Assembly: GCA_041690355.1 (NCBI GenBank)
Contig: JAWLHK010000004.1
Span: 124,001-188,000, forward strand
Length of the DNA stretch: 64,000 nt
Origin: a bacterium
GTDB lineage: Bacteria; J088; JAWLBW01
Reading direction: 5' to 3'
Position 1 is the stretch's first letter, and the number at the start of each line of letters is the position of its first letter. The notes below the pieces were generated by a model. The model made no database searches. It saw only the letters and a program-made list of their open reading frames with translations, and was not told the origin of the DNA. A program made the translations under genes and the position numbers. Shown in pieces: positions 37,733 to 47,858 of this stretch.

Positions 37733-37812
37733 CCCTTCATTGTAGCGGTTGCCTGCCCGGCGTTGCATCCGGCGCCCGGGCTTGCAACAATGAATCCTTT
37801 TGGGGAACCGCC

Positions 37813-38538
37813 ATGGCCAGGCTCGGAGTCAACGTCGATCACGTCGCCACCATCCGCGAAGCGCGCAAGGGCCTCCAGCCCGATCCGGCCGCCGCCGCCG
37901 TACTTGCCGAGCTCGGCGGGGCCGACGGCATCACCATCCACCTGCGCGAAGACCGCCGGCACATTCAGGATCGCGACCTGCAGGTTCTGCGCAAGACGGT
38001 GAAGACGAAGCTCAACCTCGAGGCCGCCCCCACGAACGAGATGGTGCGCATCGCCCTCGACGTGAAGCCCGACCAGGTGACCTTCGTCCCCGAGCGCCGG
38101 CAGGAGATCACGACCGAAGGGGGGCTCGACGTCGTGGCCAACCGCGAATCCCTCGCCGGAAAAATCAAGATTCTGCGCGAAGCCGAAATCGAGGTCTCCC
38201 TCTTCATCGATCCCGATCTCGATCAGGTGAAGGCTTCGCACAAGCTCGGGGCCGACGCCATCGAGATTCACACCGGCGCCTATGCCGAAGCCCGCCCCGG
38301 CAAGGCCCGCGTCGCCCAGTTCGAAAAGATTGTCAACGCGGTCAAGACGGCGAGCCGCCTGGGGCTCACCGTGCACGCCGGGCACGGTCTCGATTACTGG
38401 AACGTCGAACCGGTGGCGGCCCTGGAAGAGATCGCCGAGCTCAACATCGGCCACAGCATCGTCAGCCGCGCCGTCCTGGTGGGCATGGAGCGGGCGGTGG
38501 CCGAGATGAAGCGCCTTCTCGTCGACGCGCGCCCCTGA
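37813..38538 (+). CDS. pdxJ: Pyridoxine 5'-phosphate synthase
   Basis: [45 protein letters not shown]. Confidence 0.98.
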   Translation: MARLGVNVDHVATIREARKGLQPDPAAAAVLAELGGADGITIHLREDRRHIQDRDLQVLRKTVKTKLNLEAAPTNEMVRIALDVKPDQVTFVPERRQEITTEGGLDVVANRESLAGKIKILREAEIEVSLFIDPDLDQVKASHKLGADAIEIHTGAYAEARPGKARVAQFEKIVNAVKTASRLGLTVHAGHGLDYWNVEPVAALEEIAELNIGHSIVSRAVLVGMERAVAEMKRLLVDARP

Positions 38539-38603
38539 ACTTTTCTCTGCCGCGTACCGGGCGCTGTCGTAGCAGAGCGCCTGTCCGGCGGTCGCCCACC
38601 CGG

Positions 38604-38633
38604 TTGACAACATTGTCTTTGACTCAGTAGCAT
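38604..38633 (+). promoter_or_regulatory. Promoter of acyl-CoA mutase with overlapping palindrome
   Basis: TTGACA-N18-TAGCAT; inverted repeat GACAA-CA-TTGTC at 38606-38617. Confidence 0.65.
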
Positions 38634-38705
38634 GAGAAACGGCCCGCCGTCTGCGCGGGCAATGCTTTTTGCGAGGAAATTCCGGGGAATTTCCGGAGGT
38701 AAGCC

Positions 38706-40403
38706 ATGGCCGACGACCGCAAGACCCGCACCGGCGACGACATCCGCAAGGCCGAAGAAGCGCGCGCCCGGTGGGAGAAAGAAACGCTGCAGCCGGCACT
38801 GGCCAAGGGGGGCGAGCGGCTCGATCGTTTCAGCACGCTCAGCGACGTGGAGATCGGCCGTCTCTATACGCCTGAAGACGTCGCCGGGCAGGATTACCTG
38901 ACCGATCAGAGCTTCCCCGGCGAGTATCCCTACACGCGCGGCATCCACGCCACCGGCCACCGCGGCAAGGCCTGGACGATGCGCCAGTTCGCCGGCTTCG
39001 GCAGCGCCGCCGACACCAACAAGCGCTTTCACTATCTGCTCTCGCAGGGCCAGACCGGCCTGAGCGTGGCCTTTCACACGCCCACCCTGATGGGGCGCGA
39101 CTCCGACGACCCGCACAGCCTGGGCGAAATCGGCAAGTGCGGCGTGGCCATCGACAGCCTGGCCGACATGGAGACGCTGTTCGCCGGAATTCCGCTCGAT
39201 CAGGTCACGACTTCGATGACGACGAACGCTCCGGCGGCGATCATCTGGTCCATGTACCTCGTCGTTGCCGAGAAGCAGGGGGTGAGCTGGGACAAGCTCG
39301 GCGGCACGATCCAGAACGACATCCTCAAGGAATACATTGCGCAGAAGACCTGGATCTTCCCCCCGCGACCGTCGATGCGCATCATCACCGACATCATCGG
39401 CTTCGCGACCGAGAACGTGCCGAAGTGGAACACGATTTCGATTTCGGGCTACCACATCCGCGAAGCCGGCTCGACCGCGGCCCAGGAGCTCGCCTTCACG
39501 ATTGCCGACGGTATCGCCTACGTGCAGGCGGCCGTCGATGCCGGACTCGATGTCGACGCTTTCGCCCCGCGCCTGTCGTTCTTCTGGAATGCGCACAGCG
39601 ACTTCTTTGAAGAAATCGCCAAGTTCCGCGCCGCCCGACGCATGTGGGCGCGCCTCATGCGCGACCGTTTCGGCGCGAAGGATCCGCGCTCCTGGCTGTG
39701 CCGCTTCCACACGCAGACGGCCGGCTGCTCGCTCACGGCGCAGCAGCCCATGAACAACGTCGTGCGCGTCGCCCTGCAGGCCCTGTCGGGGGCCCTCGGC
39801 GGGACGCAGTCGCTGCATACGAACTCGCTGGATGAAACCCTGGCCCTGCCGACCGAGCACGCCGTGACGATCGCCCTGCGCACGCAGCAGATCATCGCCG
39901 AAGAGAGCGGTGTCGCGAATACGGTCGACCCCTTCGGGGGGAGCTATTTCGTCGAGGCCCTCACCGATCGCATCGAGGCCGAGGCGCTCGAGTACATCCG
40001 CAAGATCGATGAGATGGGGGGCATGATTGCGGCCATCGAAAACGGTTTCCCCCAAAAGGAGATCGCCGAGGCGGCCATGCACTACCAGCGGCAGGTCGAC
40101 AAGCAGGAGAAGATCGTCGTCGGCGTCAACCGCTACAAGATCGACGAAGAGACGATGATTCCCCTGCTCCAGATTTCCGACGCGCTCGAGCAGGAGAAGC
40201 GCCGCGAACTCGCCGAGCTGCGCAGCCGGCGCGACCAGGCTCGCGTCGACAAGGCGCTCGCCGACCTGCAGAAAGCCGCCGAGGGGAGCGACAACCTGCT
40301 CCCCTTCATCCTCGAAGCCGTGCGCAATTACGCGACGCTCGGCGAGATGTGCGACACGCTGCGCGGCGTCTTCGGCGAGTACATCGACCCGGCCTACATC
40401 TGA
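38706..40403 (+). CDS. icmA: B12-dependent acyl-CoA mutase large (substrate-binding) subunit, isobutyryl-CoA mutase type
   Basis: [47 protein letters not shown]; no B12-binding DxHxxG domain. Confidence 0.8.
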   Translation: MADDRKTRTGDDIRKAEEARARWEKETLQPALAKGGERLDRFSTLSDVEIGRLYTPEDVAGQDYLTDQSFPGEYPYTRGIHATGHRGKAWTMRQFAGFGSAADTNKRFHYLLSQGQTGLSVAFHTPTLMGRDSDDPHSLGEIGKCGVAIDSLADMETLFAGIPLDQVTTSMTTNAPAAIIWSMYLVVAEKQGVSWDKLGGTIQNDILKEYIAQKTWIFPPRPSMRIITDIIGFATENVPKWNTISISGYHIREAGSTAAQELAFTIADGIAYVQAAVDAGLDVDAFAPRLSFFWNAHSDFFEEIAKFRAARRMWARLMRDRFGAKDPRSWLCRFHTQTAGCSLTAQQPMNNVVRVALQALSGALGGTQSLHTNSLDETLALPTEHAVTIALRTQQIIAEESGVANTVDPFGGSYFVEALTDRIEAEALEYIRKIDEMGGMIAAIENGFPQKEIAEAAMHYQRQVDKQEKIVVGVNRYKIDEETMIPLLQISDALEQEKRRELAELRSRRDQARVDKALADLQKAAEGSDNLLPFILEAVRNYATLGEMCDTLRGVFGEYIDPAYI

Positions 40404-40478
40404 GCATCATCTGAGCATCCGCCCGCAGGCGTTCCCGGCTCCTCCCCCGCGGGGGTCCGGGGCGCGCACAGGTCCCGC

Positions 40479-40889
40479 ATGACGACCCGCCCCAGCAAGA
40501 CCCTCGATACGTTCCCGAACCCGGCCCCCGGGCGCGACTATGAGATCGCCTTCGAGATCCCCGAGTTCACCTGCCTCTGCCCGAAGACCGGGCAGCCGGA
40601 TTTCGCGACCTTCCGCATCCGCTACGTGCCCGACAAGCTGTGTGTGGAACTGAAGTCGCTCAAGCTTTACTTCTGGAGCTTCCGCGACGAAGGCCACTTC
40701 CACGAGGCCGTCACCAACCGCATTCTGGACGATCTCGTCAAGGCTGTGCGTCCACGGCGCATGCATGTCGAGGGAGATTTCTACGTGCGCGGCGGCATCC
40801 ACACCGTCGTGCGCGTCGAGCACGTGGCCCGCGGCAGCGCCCCCCGGGCGAAAGCGCCCCGTCAGGCCGCTTCGCGCATCCGTAAGTAA
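40479..40889 (+). CDS. queF: NADPH-dependent 7-cyano-7-deazaguanine reductase (unimodular)
   Basis: [30 protein letters not shown]. Confidence 0.95.
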   Translation: MTTRPSKTLDTFPNPAPGRDYEIAFEIPEFTCLCPKTGQPDFATFRIRYVPDKLCVELKSLKLYFWSFRDEGHFHEAVTNRILDDLVKAVRPRRMHVEGDFYVRGGIHTVVRVEHVARGSAPRAKAPRQAASRIRK

Positions 40890-41836
40890 TAGTCCCGGTA
40901 CCAGGCGACCGTTTCGGCAACGCCCGCCCGGAGCGAGACCGTCGGTGCATAGCCGAGCAGACGCGCCTTGTCGATGTTCGGCAGGCGCCGCGGCGTGCTC
41001 CCCATGGCCAGCGGGCCCGCCTCGAGATCGAGCTTCAGGCCGAGCTCCTGGGCAATCAGGGCCGCCAGCTCGCCGATGGACGTTTCGCGGGTATCGTCGC
41101 CGATGTGGTAGATCTCGCCGTCGCGTCCGTGGGCGCCGACGAGCATCAGCCCGCGCACTGCGTCGTCGATGAAGCAGAAGGCGCGCGTCTCGGCCCCGCT
41201 CCCCTGGATGGGAAAGCGGATCTGCTTACGGCGCAGGCCGTCGGAGAGGGCGACCATGCGCCCGACGAACTCAGGGATGACGTGCTCGAAACCCATGCCC
41301 GGGCCGTAGATGTTGTGCGGGCGAAAGATGACCCCCTCGACCCCACGCCCGCGCAGGTAGTGCAGCGTCAGCAGCTCGCCGATGAGTTTCCCGCCCCCGT
41401 AGCTGAAGCGGGGATTGGTCGGATCGGGGATGACGAGGCGCACGCTCTCGTCGGTGGGTATCGTGTCGGGCAGGTGGTAGACCTCGGAGCTGCTCGCGTA
41501 GATGACCCGGCGGGCGCCGCCGGCGACGGCGGCATCGAAAACGTTCAGCGTGCCGCGCACGGCGACGTCGAGAACCCGATCGGGGATCTCATAGAAAAAG
41601 CGGGTGCCGTTGATGTAGGCGAGATGGTAGACCACCTCCATTCCCTCGCACGCCGTGCGCACCGTCGCGCTGTCGCGCACGTCTCCGCTCACGACCTCGA
41701 CGCCGGTCCCCAGGAGCCGCGAGGCGCGGCCGCGGGAGTCGTTGTCGAGCACGCGTACGGAGTGCCCCGCCGCCGTCAGCGCCTTTACCAGGCCCGCGCC
41801 AATGAATCCGGTCCCCCCGGTAACGAGAATCTTCAT
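40862..41836 (-). CDS. NAD-dependent epimerase/dehydratase
   Basis: [35 protein letters not shown]. Confidence 0.9.
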   Translation of the reverse strand: MKILVTGGTGFIGAGLVKALTAAGHSVRVLDNDSRGRASRLLGTGVEVVSGDVRDSATVRTACEGMEVVYHLAYINGTRFFYEIPDRVLDVAVRGTLNVFDAAVAGGARRVIYASSSEVYHLPDTIPTDESVRLVIPDPTNPRFSYGGGKLIGELLTLHYLRGRGVEGVIFRPHNIYGPGMGFEHVIPEFVGRMVALSDGLRRKQIRFPIQGSGAETRAFCFIDDAVRGLMLVGAHGRDGEIYHIGDDTRETSIGELAALIAQELGLKLDLEAGPLAMGSTPRRLPNIDKARLLGYAPTVSLRAGVAETVAWYRDYYLRMREAA

Positions 41837-41844
41837 GCATTCAC

Positions 41845-43149
41845 CTAGGCTGCTCGTTGCTGTTCGTTCCGTGCGCCGACCTCGGCGACAAGTGAGGCGC
41901 GATAAAAAATCCGGCCGATACCGCCCATGTCCCAGATATCGACAATCCAGGCGTCCGGCGCCGCCAGGGCTGCGAGCTGACCGAGCCTGCGCTGAAAGTG
42001 GCTGTGGTTGGTGGCGATGAAGATGACGTCGGCCCCCCGGACGGCTTCTTCAGGGCTGAGGTTGCGGTGTCCGTCGACCAGATCGCCCAGGTGCGGGTCC
42101 GAGATGCGCAGGGCGGCCGGGTTCTCGCGGCGCAGATAGCGCACGAGCTTCGGCGCAAGGCTGTCGCGCGTATCGTCGGTGTCTTTCTTGAACGCATAGC
42201 CGAGCACCGCAACCTGCTGGCCGTGAACCGGCACGCGCCGCTGGGTGTGCTGGACGAGGAAGTTGGGCATGAACTCGTTGATCTTCCACGCGCTCAGGAG
42301 CAGGTCGGGGTAGGCGATCGACTCGTTGATCATCCCGAAATCCTTGCGCAGGCAGGTGCCCGCCGTGAACCCCGGCAGCGGGATCGGTCCGCGCGGGTAC
42401 CGATCGTTGGCCAGGGCCAGGATGCGGTAAACGTCGGCCCCGAAGGAGTCGGAGATGAGCGCGAACTGGTTGGCGATCGCAAACGTGATGTAACGGTAGG
42501 TGTTGCAGAAGAGTTTCGCAAGCTCGGCCGAAACGAAGTCGCAGGTATAGACGGCGGGGGCCACCGGCCCGAAGATGGCCGTGGCCCGCTGTGCGCTCAG
42601 CGTGTCTTCGACACCGCAGATCTGCGGAATCGTGGCGAGCTCTTCGAGCGCCTTGCCTTCGGCCAGGCGTTCGGGGCAGAAGGAAAGGGCGATGTCGCGC
42701 CCGACCCGCAGCGACGAGCGCTGGTGCAGCAGGCGGCGGACGTAGGCGGTCGTCCGCGGCGCAACCGTGCTGCGCAGGACCAGGTGATGTCCCGCGCGCA
42801 GGTGGGGGATCAGGGAGTGGATGACCCGTTCAACCTGCGAAAGGTCGACCTCGATGTGCTGATGCAGCGGAGTACCTACCGTGACGAGGATATCGTCGAC
42901 ATCGCGCACGGCCGCATAGTCATCGGTCATGACCAGGCCGTGCGTGGAGAGAATCTCTTCACATCCCGGCTCGTCGAAGGGCATGATGCGACGGGATATC
43001 TGCTCCCGGAGACGCTCGTTCAGATCGATGCCGATGACCTCGAAGCCGCGCTCGCGGAACCGGAGGGCAAGCGGCAGGCCCACGCGGCCGACGCCGATGA
43101 TTGCGATGCGGGGACTGGCTCGACGGTTTCCATTTTCTCCGGTGCCCAT
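41845..43149 (-). CDS. Nucleotide-sugar dehydrogenase (UDP-ManNAc dehydrogenase/WecC-like)
   Basis: GVGRVGLP, VGTP, LRSTVAP, FCPERLAEG, AGTCLRKD, AFKKDTDDTRDS. Confidence 0.88.
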   Translation of the reverse strand: MGTGENGNRRASPRIAIIGVGRVGLPLALRFRERGFEVIGIDLNERLREQISRRIMPFDEPGCEEILSTHGLVMTDDYAAVRDVDDILVTVGTPLHQHIEVDLSQVERVIHSLIPHLRAGHHLVLRSTVAPRTTAYVRRLLHQRSSLRVGRDIALSFCPERLAEGKALEELATIPQICGVEDTLSAQRATAIFGPVAPAVYTCDFVSAELAKLFCNTYRYITFAIANQFALISDSFGADVYRILALANDRYPRGPIPLPGFTAGTCLRKDFGMINESIAYPDLLLSAWKINEFMPNFLVQHTQRRVPVHGQQVAVLGYAFKKDTDDTRDSLAPKLVRYLRRENPAALRISDPHLGDLVDGHRNLSPEEAVRGADVIFIATNHSHFQRRLGQLAALAAPDAWIVDIWDMGGIGRIFYRASLVAEVGARNEQQRAA

Positions 43150-43169
43150 GCGTCAACCTCCTTGCAGCC

Positions 43170-44306
43170 TCACGCCTCCGCCCTCGCTGGACGGCCTCTT
43201 CCTCCATCATGGATCACGGGGCGGCAGGCGTCAATTTCAGAATGCGGACTCTTTCCCGAGCGCGCGGCGCCGCCCGCGAGGTCTGGTAGTGCGAAAGAGA
43301 GGGCGGCGTCGACGGCGCTGCGCCCGACGTAACCGGCGGCGAACCGGATCGCGTCCCAACGGCGATCGATGAGCGAAAACGCCGTCTGCCGGTCGCGCCA
43401 CCAGCTGCGGCGGGCAGCCCTGGGCAACACGGGACGTGCGAACCGCGCGAGGCGACTCTCCCGCCCGGGTGCCAGCTTCTGCGTTGCGGCGAGCAGGCCG
43501 GGCTCATCGAACCATCGATCCAGGACGCGGGCGACGGCGCGCAAGGTCACCTTGCAGCGGGCCTCGCCGGCGCGGCGGGCAAGGGCGTCGAGGTCGATGC
43601 CCTGGCGCACCAGCAGACGCATATCGTTCCAGTGCAGGAGGGGAATCAGAAACTGGTGGTGGGCCGCATGGATGGCCAGCGTCAGCAGCTGGTCGGTGTC
43701 GTCGAGCCGGCGCAGCGCGAGCCCCTGATCCTCCCAGGAGACGGCGCGCGCGAGCAGATCCTCGACCCGCAGGTGGAACCGGGGTTTCTGCGTGACATGC
43801 CGGTGCAGCTCCACGACGGTGTCGTCCCTTCTCCAGGCCTCCTCGTGGCTGAACGCCCCGGCGAGCAGTCCATTCCGGCGTTGACGCGCGTAACCGAGGC
43901 CGGCGAGCACGGCGCGCGCCCGATCCAGCCCGCCGGGGGGAATCAGGACATCCAGATCGTGTCCTGGCCGCAGGGCCGGGTGCGCATAGAGCAGCGAACC
44001 CAGCACCGCCCCCTTGAGCACCACGGGCTCGAGACCGGCTTCGCACAGGGCGCCCATCGCCTCACGGCGCATCTTACGGGAACGGGCCTCGAGCGCCATG
44101 GCGTCCAAGCGCAGGCGCAGCAGCAGCGCCTCGAACCCCCCGCCACCGGCTCGGCCGCCGCTGCCCGCCGACAGCCAGGGCCCGACCCGGTGGATGCGGA
44201 TGAGCCGCGCCAGTTCGTCCGACTCGGCAGGCGTGAGCGCCCCGAGGGACGCCGCATCGACGGCGCGCGCATGCGTCCATGTGATGAGCAGTTCGTCGGG
44301 TGTCAT
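43170..44306 (-). CDS. Nucleotidyltransferase family protein (NTP_transf_5-like)
   Basis: VVLKGA, LRPGHDLDVLI, VELH, LAIHAAHH; ATGA overlap with wecB. Confidence 0.8.
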   Translation of the reverse strand: MTPDELLITWTHARAVDAASLGALTPAESDELARLIRIHRVGPWLSAGSGGRAGGGGFEALLLRLRLDAMALEARSRKMRREAMGALCEAGLEPVVLKGAVLGSLLYAHPALRPGHDLDVLIPPGGLDRARAVLAGLGYARQRRNGLLAGAFSHEEAWRRDDTVVELHRHVTQKPRFHLRVEDLLARAVSWEDQGLALRRLDDTDQLLTLAIHAAHHQFLIPLLHWNDMRLLVRQGIDLDALARRAGEARCKVTLRAVARVLDRWFDEPGLLAATQKLAPGRESRLARFARPVLPRAARRSWWRDRQTAFSLIDRRWDAIRFAAGYVGRSAVDAALSFALPDLAGGAARSGKSPHSEIDACRPVIHDGGRGRPARAEA

Positions 44307-45535
44307 TGCCCACGCCGGTAAAAAGCCGCAACCCGATCCATGATGCGGTCCGCCGCATGGCCGTCCCAAAGGCGCGGCATGCGGCCCTGTTTCCCGTGAC
44401 CGGCGAAGGCCGCCAGGGCTTCGCGGCGCAGGCGATCGCGATCAGCACCGACGAGCACATTCGTCCCCTCGGCGACGGTAATCGGCCGCTCCGTATCCTC
44501 GCGCAAGGTGATACAGGGGATCCCCATGGCCGTGGTCTCCTCCTGAATGCCGCCGGAATCGGTGAAGACGACCGTAGACGAACTGAGCAGCCGCAGAAAA
44601 TCGAGATAGGCCATCGGCGGCACCGTATAGAGCCCCGGGGGGAGCAGCGGCGAGGCGCCGCCGAAACTCTCGAGGCGCGCGGTCAGGTCGGCAACGAAAT
44701 CGTCGAGTTCCAGCTGCTCAATCTGCCGCCGCGTCGCCTCGGAGGCCGGAAAGACGATGGGCGCCACCCGCGACACTCCGCAGAGCGTCTGGAGAATGCC
44801 GCGCAACGTGCCGGGGGCATCGACGTTTTCGGCGCGCGTCAAGGTGATTACCCCGTAGCGCGGCTTCATGGCGACCGGTATACCGGCGGTGGCCACCCCC
44901 TGGGCCGAGAGGCCGAGTCGCTCGAGCACATCGCTCGTGCGCGATCGCTCAAGATGATAGAAAAGATTGTCGACCATGGCGTTGCCGACGCAGAACATGG
45001 CTTCGGGACGAATCCCTTCGCGTTCGAGGTTCTGGTGGACGTCCTCGCTCGAGGTAAAGAGCAGGGTCGAAAGCGAGTCGGTTACCTTGCGGTTGATCTC
45101 CTCCGGCAGCCGCGCGTCGGCGCTGCGCAGGCCGGCCTCGACGTGAAAGACCGGGAGCCTTGCCCGGGCCGCGACCAGGGTACAGGCGAGCGTCGCATTA
45201 CTGTCGCCGACCACGATGAGGCCGTCGATGCTCTCGGCGCGAATCGCCCGCTCGAACCCCATCATGATGCGCGCCGTTTCTTCGGTGGCCGAACACTTTC
45301 CCACCCCCAGACAGATATCCGGCTGGGGCATCTGCAGATCGCCGAACGACGTGTCGTGCAGACGCGCGTCGTTGGCCGTTCCCGTATACATCAGCCGGAC
45401 GTCGAGCCGCGGCCCGTCGAGGTGGTCGCGCTGCTGAATGGCGCGGATGACCGGCGCCATCTTCATGAGATTGGGCCGATTGCCGACGACCGCCGCCAGC
45501 GTGACCGTTTTTCCATCCGTGAACTTCCCCCCCAT
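44303..45535 (-). CDS. wecB: UDP-N-acetylglucosamine 2-epimerase (non-hydrolysing), divergent
   Basis: GNRPNLMK, VGDSNAT, HVEAGLRS, PEEINR, TDSGGIQEE, TERP. Confidence 0.9.
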   Translation of the reverse strand: MGGKFTDGKTVTLAAVVGNRPNLMKMAPVIRAIQQRDHLDGPRLDVRLMYTGTANDARLHDTSFGDLQMPQPDICLGVGKCSATEETARIMMGFERAIRAESIDGLIVVGDSNATLACTLVAARARLPVFHVEAGLRSADARLPEEINRKVTDSLSTLLFTSSEDVHQNLEREGIRPEAMFCVGNAMVDNLFYHLERSRTSDVLERLGLSAQGVATAGIPVAMKPRYGVITLTRAENVDAPGTLRGILQTLCGVSRVAPIVFPASEATRRQIEQLELDDFVADLTARLESFGGASPLLPPGLYTVPPMAYLDFLRLLSSSTVVFTDSGGIQEETTAMGIPCITLREDTERPITVAEGTNVLVGADRDRLRREALAAFAGHGKQGRMPRLWDGHAADRIMDRVAAFYRRGQ

Positions 45536-45546
45536 GGTGCTCCCCC

Positions 45547-46614
45547 CTAGTGCTGCGTTCTTGCGCGAACGAGCGTCCGCAATATGAGAAACAGGCCGAT
45601 GCCCGCGGCCGGCAGCCAGAGCATGAGCTCGGCCCCGATGCGGCGTGTTGCGACGGCCAGAACGGCCAGAACCAACCCGAGCAGGTACAGAACCGTCACC
45701 GCCTGGCGCTGCGTGAGCCCGCTGTCGAGCAGTCGGTGGTGAATATGGCCGCGGTCGGGCTCGAAGACGACGCCGACCCCCAGCGCGGCCCGCAGGCGCC
45801 GGCCCCGCTGCGAAGCGACGCTGGAAATGTAGCGGCGCGCCATCGTCGTCAGGGTGTCGAGCACCGGCACGGCCACGGCCAGAAATGGCGCCACGAACCC
45901 CAACGGCGACGCGGCAATGCTCGCGCGCACGCTCATGCAGGCGATCAGAAATCCGACGAAGAGGCTGCCGGAATCTCCCATGAAGATTCGCGCCGGGTGA
46001 AAGTTGTAGCGCAGAAAACCGGTCAGCGCCCCGGCCAGGATGACCGCCACCAGCGCCATGCCCGCATCGCCTCCCCGGCCCAGAAAGAAGAGTGTGAACG
46101 AAGCGATGAGGGCGAGCCCGCCCGCCAGGCCGTCGAGCCCGTCGATGAGGTTGAAGGCGTTCGTGACGCCGACGATCCAGAAAACAGTCAGCGGCACCCC
46201 GAAGATGCCGAGGTTCAGGCGTTCGCCCGACGGCAGCAGGACATCGTCGAGCCGGATGCCCCCCTGCACGGCGATCATGGCGGCCAGGATCTGAACGGCC
46301 AGCTTCAGGCGCGCACCCAGCGGGTTGACGTCGTCGGTGAAGCCGAGCAGATAAACGATGAGCGACCCGACGATGACCGACGGCCACGGGCTCGCACCCC
46401 ACAGCTCGGGGCTGAGCCCGATGGCGGCGCCGAGGCAGAGGACGACGCTGCCGAAGATGGCCAGCCCGCCGAGCCGAGGGATGGGCCGGACGTGCACCTT
46501 GCGCGCCGCGGGTTGGTCCACGGCGCCGGCGCGTGCGGCTACCCAGGCCGCGAACGGAGTGAGAAGAAACGCGAGCGCTGCCGCGGCGAGAAAATATCCG
46601 GTCCAGACGCTCAT
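45547..46614 (-). CDS. wecA: Undecaprenyl-phosphate GlcNAc-1-phosphate transferase (WecA/TagO family)
   Basis: RKVH..PIPRLGG, GFTDD, NAFNLIDGLDGL, YNFHPARIFMGDSG, DRGHIHHRL. Confidence 0.92.
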   Translation of the reverse strand: MSVWTGYFLAAAALAFLLTPFAAWVAARAGAVDQPAARKVHVRPIPRLGGLAIFGSVVLCLGAAIGLSPELWGASPWPSVIVGSLIVYLLGFTDDVNPLGARLKLAVQILAAMIAVQGGIRLDDVLLPSGERLNLGIFGVPLTVFWIVGVTNAFNLIDGLDGLAGGLALIASFTLFFLGRGGDAGMALVAVILAGALTGFLRYNFHPARIFMGDSGSLFVGFLIACMSVRASIAASPLGFVAPFLAVAVPVLDTLTTMARRYISSVASQRGRRLRAALGVGVVFEPDRGHIHHRLLDSGLTQRQAVTVLYLLGLVLAVLAVATRRIGAELMLWLPAAGIGLFLILRTLVRARTQH

Positions 46615-47858
46615 GCGGCTTTCGGCTCCCCGGCGGTATCGCCCGCTGTCCCGGTCTGCACCGCCGTGCCTGGCCTGGCGGCAGACTTTCCGGTAATCCA
46701 GCGCTCCCAGGCCGCGACGGCACGCGCTCGGTTCCACTCTTCGTTCACATAACGCCGGCCGCGTCGGCCCATGGCGCGGCCGGCGGCCGCGTCGTGACTG
46801 AGCGCGAGAAGCGCGCGCGCAATCTGGTCCGGCGCCCCGGCCGGAGCCCAGACCCCCGCCCGGGTACGCTGCACGAGGCGGTAGAGATCGTCGCCGGCAT
46901 CGCTTACGGCAAGCAGCGGCCGGGCGGCGGCCATGATACCGTGCGTCTTGGTCGGCACCAGAAAGCGGCTCATGCCGCGCTGGAGGTTGACCCAGCCCAC
47001 GTCGGCCGTCGCGAGCACCCGCGAGAGCCGCTCGCGCGGCTGAAAGTCGAAGAAGCGCGCGTCGGCATGCCGGCCGAGGCGGCTTTCGAGGGTGGCGCGG
47101 CCTGCGCCGGTGCCGACGAAAACGAACGTCATGGGCTGGTCGGCAAGCAGGTCGATGACGGCGGCCATCGTCTCGGCGTCGTGGCAGAGCCCGAGATTGC
47201 CTGCGTAGAGAACGACGAAGCGATCTTCAAGCTTCCACAGAGCGCGCAGAGACTGCTCCGGAGCGAGCGGGACGATTTCTTCGGGATCGGCCCAGTTGGG
47301 CAGGGCGACGACCGGGCGCCCGGCACGGTGCTCGACCCTGCGGGCCACCCGTTCGCCGACGGCGGCGACGCCGGCGGCGCTGCGCTCCTGCAGACGCGCA
47401 AAGCGGAGGGTTGCGCCGGCGAGCGCGGGCGGAATCTTGCCTTTGGCCACGGCAACGTCGGGGTAGAGATCCTGGATGTCGTAGAACCAGGGCACTTTGC
47501 GCCAGGCCGCGATCAGGCGCGCGAGAAGCGGCGCCAGCAGCGGCGGAGTCGACAGACAGACCACGGCATCGACTGGGCCGCAGCGCAGCCCCGCCGTAAG
47601 CGCGAGCAGAAAGTACGACGCATAGTGAAGCAGGCGGCGATGGGTTCGCTTGTCGCCGACGGAAATGGCGCGCACGCGAATGACCTCGACCCCCTGCTCC
47701 TGCGCCCTGCTGAACAGCGGCTTCTGGCCCGGCTCGGCGCCGGCCACGACGGTCACGGCATGGCCGCGGGCACGCAGGCCGCGCGCGATCTGGTCGAGCA
47801 GGACACCCGTAACCGGTGTCTCAGGTCCGTAATGCTGGTTCAGGAAGAGAATTCTCAC
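46611..47858 (-). CDS. Glycosyltransferase family 4 (WcaI/WbuB-like)
   Basis: LNQHYGPE, STPP, YDIQDLYPD, LYAGNLG, VPTK. Confidence 0.88.
   Translation of the reverse strand: MRILFLNQHYGPETPVTGVLLDQIARGLRARGHAVTVVAGAEPGQKPLFSRAQEQGVEVIRVRAISVGDKRTHRRLLHYASYFLLALTAGLRCGPVDAVVCLSTPPLLAPLLARLIAAWRKVPWFYDIQDLYPDVAVAKGKIPPALAGATLRFARLQERSAAGVAAVGERVARRVEHRAGRPVVALPNWADPEEIVPLAPEQSLRALWKLEDRFVVLYAGNLGLCHDAETMAAVIDLLADQPMTFVFVGTGAGRATLESRLGRHADARFFDFQPRERLSRVLATADVGWVNLQRGMSRFLVPTKTHGIMAAARPLLAVSDAGDDLYRLVQRTRAGVWAPAGAPDQIARALLALSHDAAAGRAMGRRGRRYVNEEWNRARAVAAWERWITGKSAARPGTAVQTGTAGDTAGEPKAA

Noticed and set aside
38539..38705. Cobalamin riboswitch upstream of the B12 mutase
   Set aside because: The predicted leader is only about 65 nt and no B12-box pattern was recognised
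40404..40478. preQ1 riboswitch upstream of queF
   Set aside because: The 75-nt GC-rich spacer lacks the A-rich tail and loop motifs; only a generic hairpin is possible
44303..46723. 806-aa fusion ORF including wecB, and similar N-terminal extensions of rsmB, yggT, recN and maeB in the ORF track
   Set aside because: The extensions overlap upstream genes or promoters and lack motifs; internal starts with an SD or stop/start overlap fit better
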